A DNA stretch of 64,000 nt from a virus: IMG/VR virus record IMGVR_UViG_2784746744_000001, positions 1 through 64,000 of that record; one strand, given 5' to 3'. The notes beneath the pieces are model-generated. The model made no database searches. It was not told the origin of the DNA and saw only the letters and a list, made by a program, of their open reading frames with translations. A program made the position numbers and the translations under genes. This document shows, piece after piece, positions 35,422-46,700 of this stretch (its first letter is position 1; each line of letters opens with the position of its first letter).

Positions 35422-36942
35422 ATCATGGGATCAGCAAATCTGCTTGACCGCGCCATTGCGGTAGTGGCGCCGCGCGCGGCTGCGCGTCGTGTCGCTGCCC
35501 GTAGGGCGTTCGATGTCATGTCGCGAGGCTACGACGGTGCTAACCGTGACCGCCTTCGCAATAGCTGGCGCTCGCACAACACGAGCGCAGATGCTGAGAT
35601 CAGCGCCGCCGGCTCGCTTCTGCGAGACCGTATGCGCGATCTCGTCCGAAACAATCCATATGCGGCCAATGCTATGGCCGTCCTCGTCACCCACGCCGTC
35701 GGCGCTGGTATTGTGCCGCGGTCGAAAGACAAGAAGGTCAACAAGCTCTTTGCGGACTGGATGAAGCAATGCGATGCCGACGGTCATCTCGACTTCCATG
35801 GCATCGTTTCGCTTGCTACCCGCGAGATGCTGGAATCCGGCACAGGCATGGTTCGCCGCCGCCGGCGTCTAGCCGAGGACGGCTTGGCCGTCCCGCTTCA
35901 ACTCCAGGTCCTCGAAGTCGATCACCTCGACGCTACAAGGCACGGCGATTTGGCCAATGGCCGGCGAGCTTCTTACGGTATCGAGTACAATGGGATCGGC
36001 AAGACGACGGCCTATTGGCTGTTTCCTAACCACCCCGGCAGCTCGGCGCTGACATCAACGACCTCGTTGTCGTCGGTATCGGTACCTGCCGAGGATATCG
36101 TCTTCGGCTTCAAGAAGCTTCGGGCAGGGCAGTCGCAGGGTGTTCCGTGGGGGCATGCGGCCGTCACGTCGCTTTACGACATGGCCGGCTACGAGCAGTC
36201 AGAGTTGGTCCGCAAGCGCCTTGAGGCCTGCATGGTTGGCGTTGTCACCGGTGGTGATGATGAGGGCGGTGTTGGCCTGCCGATGGGCGATGACGACGTT
36301 CCGGGCGTTTATAACGCCGACGGAGAGATCGTTGAGAAATTCGCGCCGGGCATGCTTTACCATGCTCGTGGTGGCAAGGACATCAAGTTCACCCAGCCGG
36401 CGAACACAGCGAACTACGACTCGTACAAGACCTCTATGCTTCACACGATCGCCGTTGGCTTTCATGTGCCGCACGCTTTCCTTTCCGGTCGGTTGGATAA
36501 GGTCAACTATTCGTCGAGCAAGATCGGCCTCGAGACCTACAAGAAGATCATCGATGACCTGCAATGGCAGGTGATCATTCCAATGATCTGCCAGCCTCTC
36601 TGGGACTGGTTCTGTGAGGCAGCATTCTTTGCTGGCAAGATCCGGACGCGCAAGGTCGCCGTCGAATGGTCTCCGCCACGCTTCCCGAGTGCCGACGAAG
36701 CCAAGGATGTCGCAGCACGTGTTGCCGCCGTTCGTTCTGGTCTGCTCAATCCATTGGTAGCTATCGCCGAGACTGGTTTCACGCCGGAGGAGGTCATCGC
36801 TGGCTATGTCGAGTGGAACGCCTTGCTGGACGACAACAAGCTGATCTTTGATTCCGACCCGCGGCGAATGTCACAGGCCGGCCAGACACAGCAGGACGCA
36901 GAGGCCGACAAGGCTGACGCCTCCAATGAGGACACCTCATGA
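35422..36942 (+). CDS. portal protein (lambda gpB-like)
   Basis: About 507 aa. Typical lambda-family portal position and size. Confidence 0.8.
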   Translation: MMGSANLLDRAIAVVAPRAAARRVAARRAFDVMSRGYDGANRDRLRNSWRSHNTSADAEISAAGSLLRDRMRDLVRNNPYAANAMAVLVTHAVGAGIVPRSKDKKVNKLFADWMKQCDADGHLDFHGIVSLATREMLESGTGMVRRRRRLAEDGLAVPLQLQVLEVDHLDATRHGDLANGRRASYGIEYNGIGKTTAYWLFPNHPGSSALTSTTSLSSVSVPAEDIVFGFKKLRAGQSQGVPWGHAAVTSLYDMAGYEQSELVRKRLEACMVGVVTGGDDEGGVGLPMGDDDVPGVYNADGEIVEKFAPGMLYHARGGKDIKFTQPANTANYDSYKTSMLHTIAVGFHVPHAFLSGRLDKVNYSSSKIGLETYKKIIDDLQWQVIIPMICQPLWDWFCEAAFFAGKIRTRKVAVEWSPPRFPSADEAKDVAARVAAVRSGLLNPLVAIAETGFTPEEVIAGYVEWNALLDDNKLIFDSDPRRMSQAGQTQQDAEADKADASNEDTS

Positions 36943-37571
36943 CAGACAAACATGTGAACCTGCCGAAGTTCGGCAGGAACGCCGAGGTGCGTTCTGCGTC
37001 GTTCGACGAAGCGGACAACACCATCGAGGTCATCTGGACGACTGGCGCCGCTGTGCGCCGGTGGTCTTGGCGATCGGAGCGCTACTATTCGGAAGTTCTG
37101 GAGGTTACGCCGCAGGCGATCCGGCTAGACCGACTGAATGCAGGCGCGCCCTTCCTTGATACCCACGACGACTGGTCTCTCCGATCGGTTATCGGATCCG
37201 TTGTTCCCGGCTCGGCCAAGATCGAAGGCGGCAAGGGCTATGCCCGCGTCAAGCTTTCGCGTGCTTCCGAAGACACGGCGATCGTGGACAAGATCAAGGA
37301 CGGCATCATCCGGAACATCAGCGTCGGCTACGCCATCCACAAGGTCGTCAAAACCGACACGGACGGCGACGGCACCGACGAAGAATGGCGCGTCGTTGAC
37401 TGGGAGCCGCTTGAAATCAGCGCTGTTCCAGTTCCAGCGGACGCCGGCTCTCAGATCCGCAAAGACGAGCAGAAGCTCATCCCCTGCGAATTTGTAGGCG
37501 AACAGGCCACCGGCCGAAACGAAGCTCGCCGAATTCGCATGGCGATGCGTCACCGTCAGTCCGTGGCTTAA
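36939..37571 (+). CDS. prohead protease (HK97/S78-like)
   Basis: 210 aa, ATGA-coupled to the portal, precedes the capsid gene. Confidence 0.55.
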   Translation: MTDKHVNLPKFGRNAEVRSASFDEADNTIEVIWTTGAAVRRWSWRSERYYSEVLEVTPQAIRLDRLNAGAPFLDTHDDWSLRSVIGSVVPGSAKIEGGKGYARVKLSRASEDTAIVDKIKDGIIRNISVGYAIHKVVKTDTDGDGTDEEWRVVDWEPLEISAVPVPADAGSQIRKDEQKLIPCEFVGEQATGRNEARRIRMAMRHRQSVA

Positions 37572-37600
37572 AGCACGGCCCACTTTTTAAGGAATACCAT

Positions 37601-39157
37601 ATGACACTTCGTGAGAAGCTGGCCCTGCTGGAAAAGCGCGCCGCTGACAAGCTTGCCGAAATCAAGGACGACACCGCAGCCGACGCTGCCCGCACGATCG
37701 AAAAGGATCATGAAGGCATCCTGGCAGAGATTGCGGAAGTGCGGAAGCAGATTGCAGCCGCTGATGCCGCTGAAGATGCTACCCGCGCTGCACCTCGTCA
37801 GGACCAGACCCAGCCGGTCGACGTCGATGCCGCCATCCGCAAGGCCCTCGACACCGAACACAAGCGAGCGTCCGAAATCCGCACGCTCGCGAAAGAAGCT
37901 GGTGAGGCCGAGCTTGGCGACGAGCATATCGACAAGCGCTCGAGCGTCGAGAATTTCCGATCTGCACTTCTGGAAAAGATGATGAAGCGCGAAGCACCAG
38001 CCACCGACAATCGCAGCCCGGCCAGCGTCGGCGAAGAGCACCACGAGAAGCGCGCCTCTGCTATGCGCGAAGCGCTCGCACACCGCGCCGACCCATCCAA
38101 GCCTCTGGGCGACGGCGGCCGCGAATATCGTGGTTTCTCGCTGATGGATATGGCTCGTGAGTCACTCGAAACCCGAGGCGTCAAGACGCGCGGCATGTCT
38201 CGCGATGAAATCGCTGGTGCAGCTCTTGCTCAGCGTTCGGGCTACGGTTCGACGTCCGACTTCCCGATTATCCTCGGCAATGTGGTCAATACGACCCTGC
38301 GCGCTGGTTATGAGGCTGCCGGTCAGACTTTCCGTCCGCTGATCCGCGAGACGACCGTCGCCGACTTCAAGGCCATCAACCGCGCCCAGCTTGGTGAAGG
38401 CCCGGCCTTCGACAAGGTCAGCGAGTCTGGCGAATTCAAGCGCGGCACGGTCGCTGAAGGCAAAGAATCCTACAAGATTGCGACCTTCGGTAAGGTGATC
38501 GCCATCACCCGTCAGGTCATCATCAACGATGACATGAACGCATTCAGCCGCATCCCGCAGCTGATGGGCGGCGCCGCTGCTCAGCTGGAAAGCGATCTCG
38601 TCTGGGCTCAGATCCTGAGCAACCCGACAATGGGTGACGGCCAAACGCTCTTCTCCGCACCACACAAGAACGTGCTGACCGCCGCCGCTTTCGGCGTTGC
38701 CTCGCTGGGCAAGGGTCGCGCGCAGATGGCGAAGCAGGTCGGCCTCGACGGCAAGACGGTTCTCAACATCCGTCCGCAGTTCCTCGTGGTTCCGGTCGAA
38801 CTCGAAACGACTGCCGAGCAGGTGCTGAAGTCCACGTTCTTCGCGGATGACGCCTCCAAGGTTGCCACGGAATCGATGCGCAAGCTGCAGATCATTGCTG
38901 AGGCACGCCTCGACAACGGTATCAGCAACCCCGCTGCTGTTTCCACAGCAATCGCCGGTTCGACGACTGCCTGGTATCTCGCTGCTTCGCCCGCACAGGT
39001 GGACACGGTTGAGCTCGCTTACCTCGAAGGCAATCGCGGCGTCTATATCGAAACCCGTCAGGGCTTCGACGTCGATGGTCTCGAAGTCAAGGCTCGCCTC
39101 GATGTTGGCGCCAAGGCCATGGACCACCGCGGCCTCGCCAAGAACGCCGGCGCCTAA
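37601..39157 (+). CDS. major capsid protein with N-terminal coiled-coil scaffold-like domain (HK97 fold family)
   Basis: 518 aa. N-terminal K/E/A-rich coiled coil, then capsid-like domain. Confidence 0.75.
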   Translation: MTLREKLALLEKRAADKLAEIKDDTAADAARTIEKDHEGILAEIAEVRKQIAAADAAEDATRAAPRQDQTQPVDVDAAIRKALDTEHKRASEIRTLAKEAGEAELGDEHIDKRSSVENFRSALLEKMMKREAPATDNRSPASVGEEHHEKRASAMREALAHRADPSKPLGDGGREYRGFSLMDMARESLETRGVKTRGMSRDEIAGAALAQRSGYGSTSDFPIILGNVVNTTLRAGYEAAGQTFRPLIRETTVADFKAINRAQLGEGPAFDKVSESGEFKRGTVAEGKESYKIATFGKVIAITRQVIINDDMNAFSRIPQLMGGAAAQLESDLVWAQILSNPTMGDGQTLFSAPHKNVLTAAAFGVASLGKGRAQMAKQVGLDGKTVLNIRPQFLVVPVELETTAEQVLKSTFFADDASKVATESMRKLQIIAEARLDNGISNPAAVSTAIAGSTTAWYLAASPAQVDTVELAYLEGNRGVYIETRQGFDVDGLEVKARLDVGAKAMDHRGLAKNAGA

Positions 39158-39205
39158 TCTTCAAAGGGCGGCTTCGCGCCGCCCGACATCCTCTCGGAGA
39201 AACTG

Positions 39206-39532
39206 ATGAAGAATTATATCCAGCCGGGCAACACTGTCACGGTAACCGCTCCCTACGACGTTGTGTCTGGCGGCGGCGTTCTTGTCGGCACTATTTTCGG
39301 TGTCGCCGCAACGTCGGCAAAGGCAGGAGAAACCGTCGAGATCAAACTCAACGGCGTGTACGAGCTCGGCAAGACGTCCGCTCAGGCGTGGACGTTCGGT
39401 GCGCTCGCTTACTGGGATGACACCAATAAGGCTGTCACCACGACCGCTTCGGGCAACACGCTTATCGGCAAGACGCTTGCTGTTGCGGCTAACCCGAGCG
39501 CCACCGGCATCGTCCGACTGTCGGCCTCGTAA
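39206..39532 (+). CDS. DUF2190-like head decoration/cement protein
   Basis: 108 aa, Gly/Thr/Ala-rich beta protein immediately after the capsid. Confidence 0.5.
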   Translation: MKNYIQPGNTVTVTAPYDVVSGGGVLVGTIFGVAATSAKAGETVEIKLNGVYELGKTSAQAWTFGALAYWDDTNKAVTTTASGNTLIGKTLAVAANPSATGIVRLSAS

Positions 39533-39894
39533 TGGTCAACTGGCGCGCCTTGGAGGCGGGGGTGGATCGCAAGATGGCGTCCACCTTCGGCGAAGAGGTG
39601 CGTCTGGCCTTCAAGAATAGCGGAGTGGCCGACACCGGCCGCCCCGACATCGATATCCGGGGCATCCTCTATACGGCTGGCACTATCCCTGCGTCGCTTG
39701 GACCGGGCTTCACCACGATGGTGTCTGCGGGCCAAGGGGTATTGGTTATAGACCGGTCGACCTATGCCGGTCCGGACATCTTCCAGAAAGACAAGGTTCG
39801 CGCCACTGAGCGCGCCGGTCAGCCTTGGTGGGAAGTCGCCGATGTGACGACCCGGCACTCGAATCTGATCGTGCTGACGCTTACGCAAAAATGA
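39532..39894 (+). CDS. head-tail connector/adaptor protein
   Basis: Position and size (120 aa). Confidence 0.4.
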   Translation: MVNWRALEAGVDRKMASTFGEEVRLAFKNSGVADTGRPDIDIRGILYTAGTIPASLGPGFTTMVSAGQGVLVIDRSTYAGPDIFQKDKVRATERAGQPWWEVADVTTRHSNLIVLTLTQK

Positions 39895-39904
39895 GGAGGG
39901 CGGC

Positions 39905-40699
39905 ATGTCGCTAGTTCGTATTGCCGCTCGCATCGCAGCCGTTCAGGCGCTCAAGGGCCGGACATCAGTCGGCGACAACGTTCTCGACAGCGAGATAGGT
40001 GCGCTCGACTTAGACGGTGATGGCAATCTTCGCAGCACGAAACCGAAGCCGTTCATCTCGGTCTACACAGATGAAGCTCGCGCAGATGACAATCAGCTAC
40101 GAGCATGGGTCGGCAATGGCCGAACAGAATTTCTCTTTGAAGCCGGCGTCACAGCTGCGCATGCGGAGACCGATACGGAGACGGGCGACAGCCTGCTCTA
40201 TCCTGGCGTCCCAGATACGGATGCCGCTTTTGAATTCCACTTGGACCTGATTGCGCGCCAGATCGGCGACGCCTTGTCAGATCCCGAGAACGAATGGGCG
40301 GAGATCTTCCGCAAGTTCATCAAAACGATTTCGCGCATCGAGCGGTCCCGCACGAGCAGCGGCGCCAAGGACGGCATCCGTCTGGCTGCCCATCAGGTCA
40401 AAGTCACGGTCGAGTTGGTATCAGATCCCCCAAAGGGAGAGCCGCTGAGCGCTCGAGGACCAATGGCGATGTTTTTCGCAAAAGCTGCGGGGCTGCCAGG
40501 ACTATCCGGACGCATCGCGCTTATGCAGGAGCAGCTGGTTGGCACGCCACTGGAGTGGGAAGCGGCGATGCGCCGTTTCGGTATCGCCCACAGCGAGGCT
40601 GACTCGTTGCTGATCACGCCGGTGACGGGTGCCGAGAGCGGCTTGCCTATCGTTGCCGTGAACGCACAGCCAGCACAGATCGCAGGAGGCCCGGCATGA
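39905..40699 (+). CDS. hypothetical head/tail completion protein
   Basis: 264 aa, between the connector and baseplate genes. Confidence 0.4.
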   Translation: MSLVRIAARIAAVQALKGRTSVGDNVLDSEIGALDLDGDGNLRSTKPKPFISVYTDEARADDNQLRAWVGNGRTEFLFEAGVTAAHAETDTETGDSLLYPGVPDTDAAFEFHLDLIARQIGDALSDPENEWAEIFRKFIKTISRIERSRTSSGAKDGIRLAAHQVKVTVELVSDPPKGEPLSARGPMAMFFAKAAGLPGLSGRIALMQEQLVGTPLEWEAAMRRFGIAHSEADSLLITPVTGAESGLPIVAVNAQPAQIAGGPA

Positions 40700-41145
40700 T
40701 TCCATCGAATTTGCCAGATCAGGTTTCCGACCTTTACTTTCGGATTGCCGAGATCGAAAGACGCGCGCGCAATCGAAAGCGCAAAGGCACAGTGGCCGAG
40801 GTGGGCACTGGTGAAAACGCCGGCAAGTATCGCGCCCAGCTTTCCGACCAGAAAGGCAGGCCGTTCCTAACGGGTTGGCTTAAGACGCGTCAGCTCGGCG
40901 CCGGTGGCGTCAAGATAGATATCATGCTGACCAAGGGTGAGCAGGTAGATATCATTTCTGAAAGTGGCGACCTGACAGACGCTCAGATCGATTTCTCGAC
41001 GTACAGCGACGATAATAAGCGTGAGAATGACAACACGCCGCTACACATCAAGATCGGTGAGACCGTCCTTGCGGTCTCCGGTGATGGCGTCACCATCAAG
41101 GCCGGTACAGCCACCTTCACTGCCGATAGCGGCCACCTTGCCTGA
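40696..41145 (+). CDS. baseplate spike/assembly protein V (gpV-like)
   Basis: 149 aa, precedes the PAAR gene, beta-rich C-terminus. Confidence 0.55.
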   Translation: MIPSNLPDQVSDLYFRIAEIERRARNRKRKGTVAEVGTGENAGKYRAQLSDQKGRPFLTGWLKTRQLGAGGVKIDIMLTKGEQVDIISESGDLTDAQIDFSTYSDDNKRENDNTPLHIKIGETVLAVSGDGVTIKAGTATFTADSGHLA

Positions 41146-41402
41146 TGCCACGCATTGCACGGCTGGGTGACAGCGGGACGCATGGCGGCTCGATCATCAG
41201 CGCTGCGTCTAAATGGAAATGTGAAGGCGCGCTGATTGCTCGCAGAGGCGACCTCTACGCCTGCCCAATCCACGGAACAAACCCGATCGTCGGCGGCTCG
41301 TCGAAATGGAAATGCGAAGACGCCGAGATCGCCCGACACGGTGACGCGACGGCGTGCGGCGCATCGATCATTTCTGGCGCCTCCAAGTGGGAGTGCGACT
41401 GA
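41145..41402 (+). CDS. PAAR-repeat spike-tip protein
   Basis: Three PAAR-like repeats (ARLGD...HGGS, ARRGD...CPIHG, ARHGD...CGAS). Confidence 0.7.
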   Translation: MPRIARLGDSGTHGGSIISAASKWKCEGALIARRGDLYACPIHGTNPIVGGSSKWKCEDAEIARHGDATACGASIISGASKWECD

Positions 41403-41776
41403 TGTCCGATTCAGCCGGCGTGAACGTCGGAAATGGCAATCGGCTGACAAACTGGCAGCACGTCCAGCAGTCGATCCACAAGATCCTCACGACCCGGCTC
41501 AATACGCGTGTCATGCGCCGAGATTTCGGGTCGGAACTTCCTGACCTGATCGACGCCAAGATGATTGGTCGAAACGTCCTCGCCGTCTACTCGGCGGCCG
41601 CGACGGCGATCATACGGTGGGAGCCTCGCTATCGGGTGAGGGCGGCCCGCGTCACCAACCTGACGGCAGACGGCCAGGTCACCCTTGAGCTCTTCGGACT
41701 CTATTACCCGCGCGGGCATCTGAACGACTATTCGATTGTCGAGGATGCAAGCACGCGCATAATCTTTGAGGTGTGA
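41402..41776 (+). CDS. GPW/gp25-family baseplate wedge protein
   Basis: IHKILTTRLNTRVMRRDFGSELPDLID matches gp25/GPW lysozyme-like family. Confidence 0.7.
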   Translation: MSDSAGVNVGNGNRLTNWQHVQQSIHKILTTRLNTRVMRRDFGSELPDLIDAKMIGRNVLAVYSAAATAIIRWEPRYRVRAARVTNLTADGQVTLELFGLYYPRGHLNDYSIVEDASTRIIFEV

Positions 41777-42666
41777 CCTTGGCGTCTACTGCGATTGACC
41801 TCGCCTCCCTGCCGGCACCCACCATTGTCGAAACTCTGAATTTCGAGACGATCCTCAGCGAGAGGAAGGCGTCATTCCAGTCGCTGTGGCAGGCCGTTCG
41901 AGCATCGAATCCTGATCTCAATCTTCCTGAATATGACGTCTCAATGTTGGAGACGGACCCGGTCGTCGTCCTTCTTGAGGAGGAGAGCTACCGCGAGATC
42001 ATCATGCGCGCCCGCGTCAACGCCGCGGCGCGCTCGAACTTTCTAGCCTTCGCAACCGGCGCTGAGCTCGAGCACCTCGCTGGGTTCTACGACGTAATCC
42101 GAATGGTTGGCGAACTTGACGATCGCCTACGTGAACGCGTCGTGCTTGCCATACAGGGCAGGAGCCCAGGTGGCACGAAGGAACGCTACAAGTTCATAGC
42201 GATGACCGCGTCTATCGAGGTTGAAGGCGTAGAGGTGTATCGCGCTGGCAAGTCTCCGGTCGTTCATGTCGCTATCTTCTCAACGGCGGCTGACGGGATA
42301 GCTTCGACTGCTCTTCTCGCCACGGTCACTGCGACTTTGCAGTCCTCGGACGTGATCATGGTCAATGACACGATTTCGGTGGAATCAGCTGTCCGCATCG
42401 TCGTCGATATCGAGGCAGACTACTTCCTCGATCCGAGCGCTCCGCTTTCGACAAACCTGACTATGGAACAGAACCTTCGCGACACTTGGGCTGCCGTACA
42501 GGCGCTTGGTCGCGATCTTCCGACCAGCTGGTGGGTCTCGAAGTTGATGGTTTCCGGGGTCCAGTCAGTGATTCCGCTCGTACCGATCGAAACTCAAGTT
42601 GCTCCCGACTACGCAGCGATTTCGCTCGGGACGGTGAAGCTCAATTACAAGGGTAGGGCGTTCTAG
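41773..42666 (+). CDS. baseplate J-like protein (GTG start)
   Basis: 297 aa. Gene order W-J-I. Overlapping stops and starts. Confidence 0.65.
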   Translation: MTLASTAIDLASLPAPTIVETLNFETILSERKASFQSLWQAVRASNPDLNLPEYDVSMLETDPVVVLLEEESYREIIMRARVNAAARSNFLAFATGAELEHLAGFYDVIRMVGELDDRLRERVVLAIQGRSPGGTKERYKFIAMTASIEVEGVEVYRAGKSPVVHVAIFSTAADGIASTALLATVTATLQSSDVIMVNDTISVESAVRIVVDIEADYFLDPSAPLSTNLTMEQNLRDTWAAVQALGRDLPTSWWVSKLMVSGVQSVIPLVPIETQVAPDYAAISLGTVKLNYKGRAF

Positions 42667-43790
42667 TGGCAGAATCGTTGCTCCCGCCGTCGGGCACTGG
42701 TCTCTTCGAAAAGACGTTCGAAGCTTCCGCGTTCCCACGGTGGGACAGCTTCGACGTATCCGCCGATTTCATTCGTGGCTTGAAGTACAGTCCCGACATA
42801 CCGGCCAGCTTTAAACCGTTCATCATCTACGAATACGGGCTGGATGTGCTTCGGCCGTTCGTTCCAAACCTCGACGATCTGGTTGACGAGGCGGTTCGCT
42901 GGCAGAGACTTCGCGGAACACCCCGTTCCATTGAGATCGCCTTGGGGTGGATCGGCTATAGCGCCACCATCGTGCAGCAGTCGCCCACCCGTAATTGGTG
43001 GAACAGCTTCCAGCTCTACTTCTCCGACCTTCCTCGCTACGACTTCCCCGATCTCGTGCAGATCGAGGGCGTCGTCGACCTCTCTGTGCCGGCGCGATCG
43101 ATGTTCCGGCGCGGGGTACATGGGTATGACGTCACCGCACTGGTGGAAGACAGCGGTCGCCTCGACGGGTCGCTGCTCGATTTCGAGAGCGGCACGACCT
43201 ACGCCGACGGCGATACCATCTGGTCTTTCGGTCGCCTGACGGAAATCGAGCACGTCCTCGAAGAGGGCGAGGGCATCGCGATCGGTAACTGGCTTGCCCA
43301 GACCGGAGACGGCGGCATTCCGTGGGTCTCGATGACCTATCCATGGGTCACTGCGCAATTCCAGTGGGCGCTCAATCCTGAGGCTCAGCGTCGCGTCTTG
43401 TTGGCGTCGTTCTTCAGGGAATATCCATCAGTCTACATGGAATTCATCGGAGACGATGACGTCACCATTGGCTACCGGAAGTGCAAGGTCGCGCAGGTGA
43501 GAGCCATCGCGGGCGGAGACTACATCTACGGCGGCGCGCGCTATGCACCGATGACATCCGGCGACGCTGTCTACATTGAGGCTCGAACGGGCTTCAACGA
43601 CGTAGACGCATCGAGAGCGACAAAGGTTCGCCTCGTATCGAGAGCGGTTCTCGCGCCTGGCATTCCAGCCGGACGGCTGTGGCTAGAGCCCGGCGACATC
43701 GTGTCCGGCCCGACATTCTCCGAAACACCATTCGACTTATCGATGCGCTTAACGGTGCGTGATCAGGTCAAGATACTCCTGAGGTTTTGA
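42666..43790 (+). CDS. tail protein I-like baseplate component (GTG start)
   Basis: 374 aa. Position after J. Confidence 0.5.
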   Translation: MAESLLPPSGTGLFEKTFEASAFPRWDSFDVSADFIRGLKYSPDIPASFKPFIIYEYGLDVLRPFVPNLDDLVDEAVRWQRLRGTPRSIEIALGWIGYSATIVQQSPTRNWWNSFQLYFSDLPRYDFPDLVQIEGVVDLSVPARSMFRRGVHGYDVTALVEDSGRLDGSLLDFESGTTYADGDTIWSFGRLTEIEHVLEEGEGIAIGNWLAQTGDGGIPWVSMTYPWVTAQFQWALNPEAQRRVLLASFFREYPSVYMEFIGDDDVTIGYRKCKVAQVRAIAGGDYIYGGARYAPMTSGDAVYIEARTGFNDVDASRATKVRLVSRAVLAPGIPAGRLWLEPGDIVSGPTFSETPFDLSMRLTVRDQVKILLRF

Positions 43791-46700
43791 TGGCTTACGA
43801 ACACAAGTCCGGGCTGGCCTACACGTTCGACCGTGCAGAGGGCCATCCGGAGCAGCAGGGCGTCGTTTTCGGAGGCAAGGACCGCATTATCCAGGCGGCC
43901 GAACTGAACGAAGTCCAGACCATTGCACGCAATCGTCAGACCCGCCTGAGCCGCCTTGTTGCTTCCGACGGTGACCGCGTGGATCGTGCTGACGCCATTG
44001 TCGACATTGAGGCGAAGACCGTTCGGCTGACCGCCGGCATGATCTACGTTCAGGGCGACGTGATGTCGGTGGCTGAGGCGCTTCTCGCCGACGTGCCGAT
44101 GACAGGTCGAATCCAGCTCGGCGTTCGGCTTGGTACGACCTACCTCACGGCAGAAACCAATCCTGAACTGATGGGGCTGGTCCCCGGTTCGCTTGCTGAG
44201 CTTGAACCTGGCGCTGCCCGCGAGGTAGCGACGATCACATGGGCGCGCGGCGACATCGATGCGCCCGGCGACTTCTATGCCGTTTACACGCTGCAGGACG
44301 GCACCATCCTCGATCAGACGTCTCCGTCGATCTTGGAGCCGGCCATGCAGGCGTTGGCCATCTATGACCGGCCCAACGGCAACTATATCGTCTCCGGTTG
44401 CCGAGTGACCGCCGTTGGCCTCAACGCTGGCGCTCGTGTGTTCTCGATCGAGCAAGGCGAGTTCAACGTCTACGGTTTCAAGCGGACCCGCTTTGCCTCG
44501 CTTCGCTTCGAACAGGAAGAAGATTGGGACGAAGGCGCGGTTGTTGGAGAAACCCACACCTACGCCGACACGGCTGGTTCCTATGCCTTCCCGGTCGCGG
44601 AATCGCCGATTGGCGTCATCAACAGCATCCTGCTGACCAAACAGAAGACGGTCACCATCACCAGAGGCAGCATTGCCAACGGTGCCGATGCTCTGCCTGA
44701 CACGTCGGTCATCTCGGTCTCGTCTGTTGTTCAGGGTGGCACGACGTTCGCCAGCCCAGCCTCGTACAATCTGGTCAACAACACCATCGATTGGGCGCCC
44801 GGCGGGGCAGAGCCGACGACAGGATCCTCGTACAACGTGACATATCGCTATCGCGCGGCCGTCACGGCTACGAGCTTCACGGACACGACCATCACGGTTT
44901 CCGGCGGTGTGACTGGCGGCGACGTCATCGTCAGCTATACGCGCAAGCTGCCGCGGATCGACCGCATCGGCCTTCTTCAGGATGGCTCGCCGGTCTACCT
45001 CATGGGCCAGTCGGCCCGTAGCAATCCGCAGGCTCCGGGCGTTCCTGAGACGGTCCTGAACCTCTGCACGGTCTCAAACGACTGGATGACCGCGCCGACC
45101 ATCGTGAATGATGGCACGCGATCCCTGACGATTCAGGAGCAGTGGAAGTACAACAACCGGCTGTTTGACCTCGAATACCTCATCATGAGGGAACGAGGCC
45201 GGCATGCGATCGACAGCAAAGAGCCTGTCGCCAAGAAGGGCGTCTTCGTCGATCCTCTTCTGGACGACACCTACCGCGATCTCGGGTCGGCAGGCGCGCA
45301 GTCCGGCGCCATTGGCAACGGGTTTATGCAGCTCGCGATCCGCCCGACGTTCTTCTATGGCAACATCACCGACCCGATCACGCTCGATTATGTCGAGGAG
45401 GTCATCGTCACGCAGGACCTCAAGACGTTCTGCGAGAAGATCAACCCATACGCCAATTTCAACCCGCTTCCGGGCGCTCTGCGTCTCAGTCCGTCGGTTG
45501 ATTTTTGGACGGTATCGCAGACGACTTGGCTTTCCGAGCAAACTTTGGAGTTCAACCAAGGCGTCCGGACTGACGGCGGCCCGCTGCAGACCACATCCTC
45601 TGAAAATCAGGTTGTGGATCAGCGAACTGAACAGGCGGCGTTCCTGCGCCCGATCTCGGTGAGCTTCACGCTTTCTGGCTTCGGCGCTGGCGAAATTCTG
45701 AAGTCGCTAACCTTCGACGGCATCAGCGTAAAACCTCCTGGCACGCAGACCGCGAATGCCAACGGAGAGATCAGCGGGACGTTCACTATCCCCCCGACCG
45801 TTCCTGCTGGCACGAAGGTTGTCGCGGCAGACGGGATGGGCGGCACTCAGGCCACCAACATGTTTGTCGGGCAGGGCACGGTCCTAACCGACGTGATGCG
45901 CCGGGTCACCACCGTCCAGAACTGGTCAAGGCCGGTCGTTACGGAGGTTGTTCAGAATGCATCCTTAGGTTGGTTCTCAGGTGGCTCTGGCAACGATGGC
46001 TTTGATCAAAGCGATGGCGGTGGAGCTGATCCACAGGCACAGTACTTTGGCCTTAGTCAGGCGCGTCAGATCATCGGCGTTGATTTCCACATGTGCGCCT
46101 TCGGCGATCTGACGAAGCATATCCTCGTCGATCAGGTCACCACCGAAAACGGTTACCCGACGGCTGAAATCAGAGCGGAAGCAGTTGTACAGGTTGGTGC
46201 TGCCGTTCCCGGCTGGCGATCTGCCCGCTATGCGGTTCCGCTGATTACTCTCCCGACCGAAAACCATGCTTTTGTCATCAAGTCCGATGACAACCTGCAC
46301 TCAGTCTCTGGAGCAAAGCTCGGCGGGTTCGATACGGATAGGCAGGAATACGTCTCCAAACATCCGTATGTGACTGGCCCTCGCTTTTCGTCGGTCAACG
46401 CGAAAACGTGGACGGCGCATCAGGACGAGGCGCTGACATTCCGTTTGGTCGCTGCGCGCTACACGCAGACGACAAAGACGGTCAATCTCGGTACCTTCAA
46501 TCTGGTGGATTGCTCTGATCTTCAGGTGCGCTGCGTCGCGGAGCTTCCAAGTTCCGGCTGCTCGGTGGTCTTCGAGGTCCAGCGTTCGAACGGGACGATC
46601 TACAAGCTGCTGCCTTTCCAGGTTCTGCAGCTGACGGAATACGTCACAGACACGGTCCAGTTGCGCGCAGTCCTGACCGGTACGGCGACACTCTCGCCGG

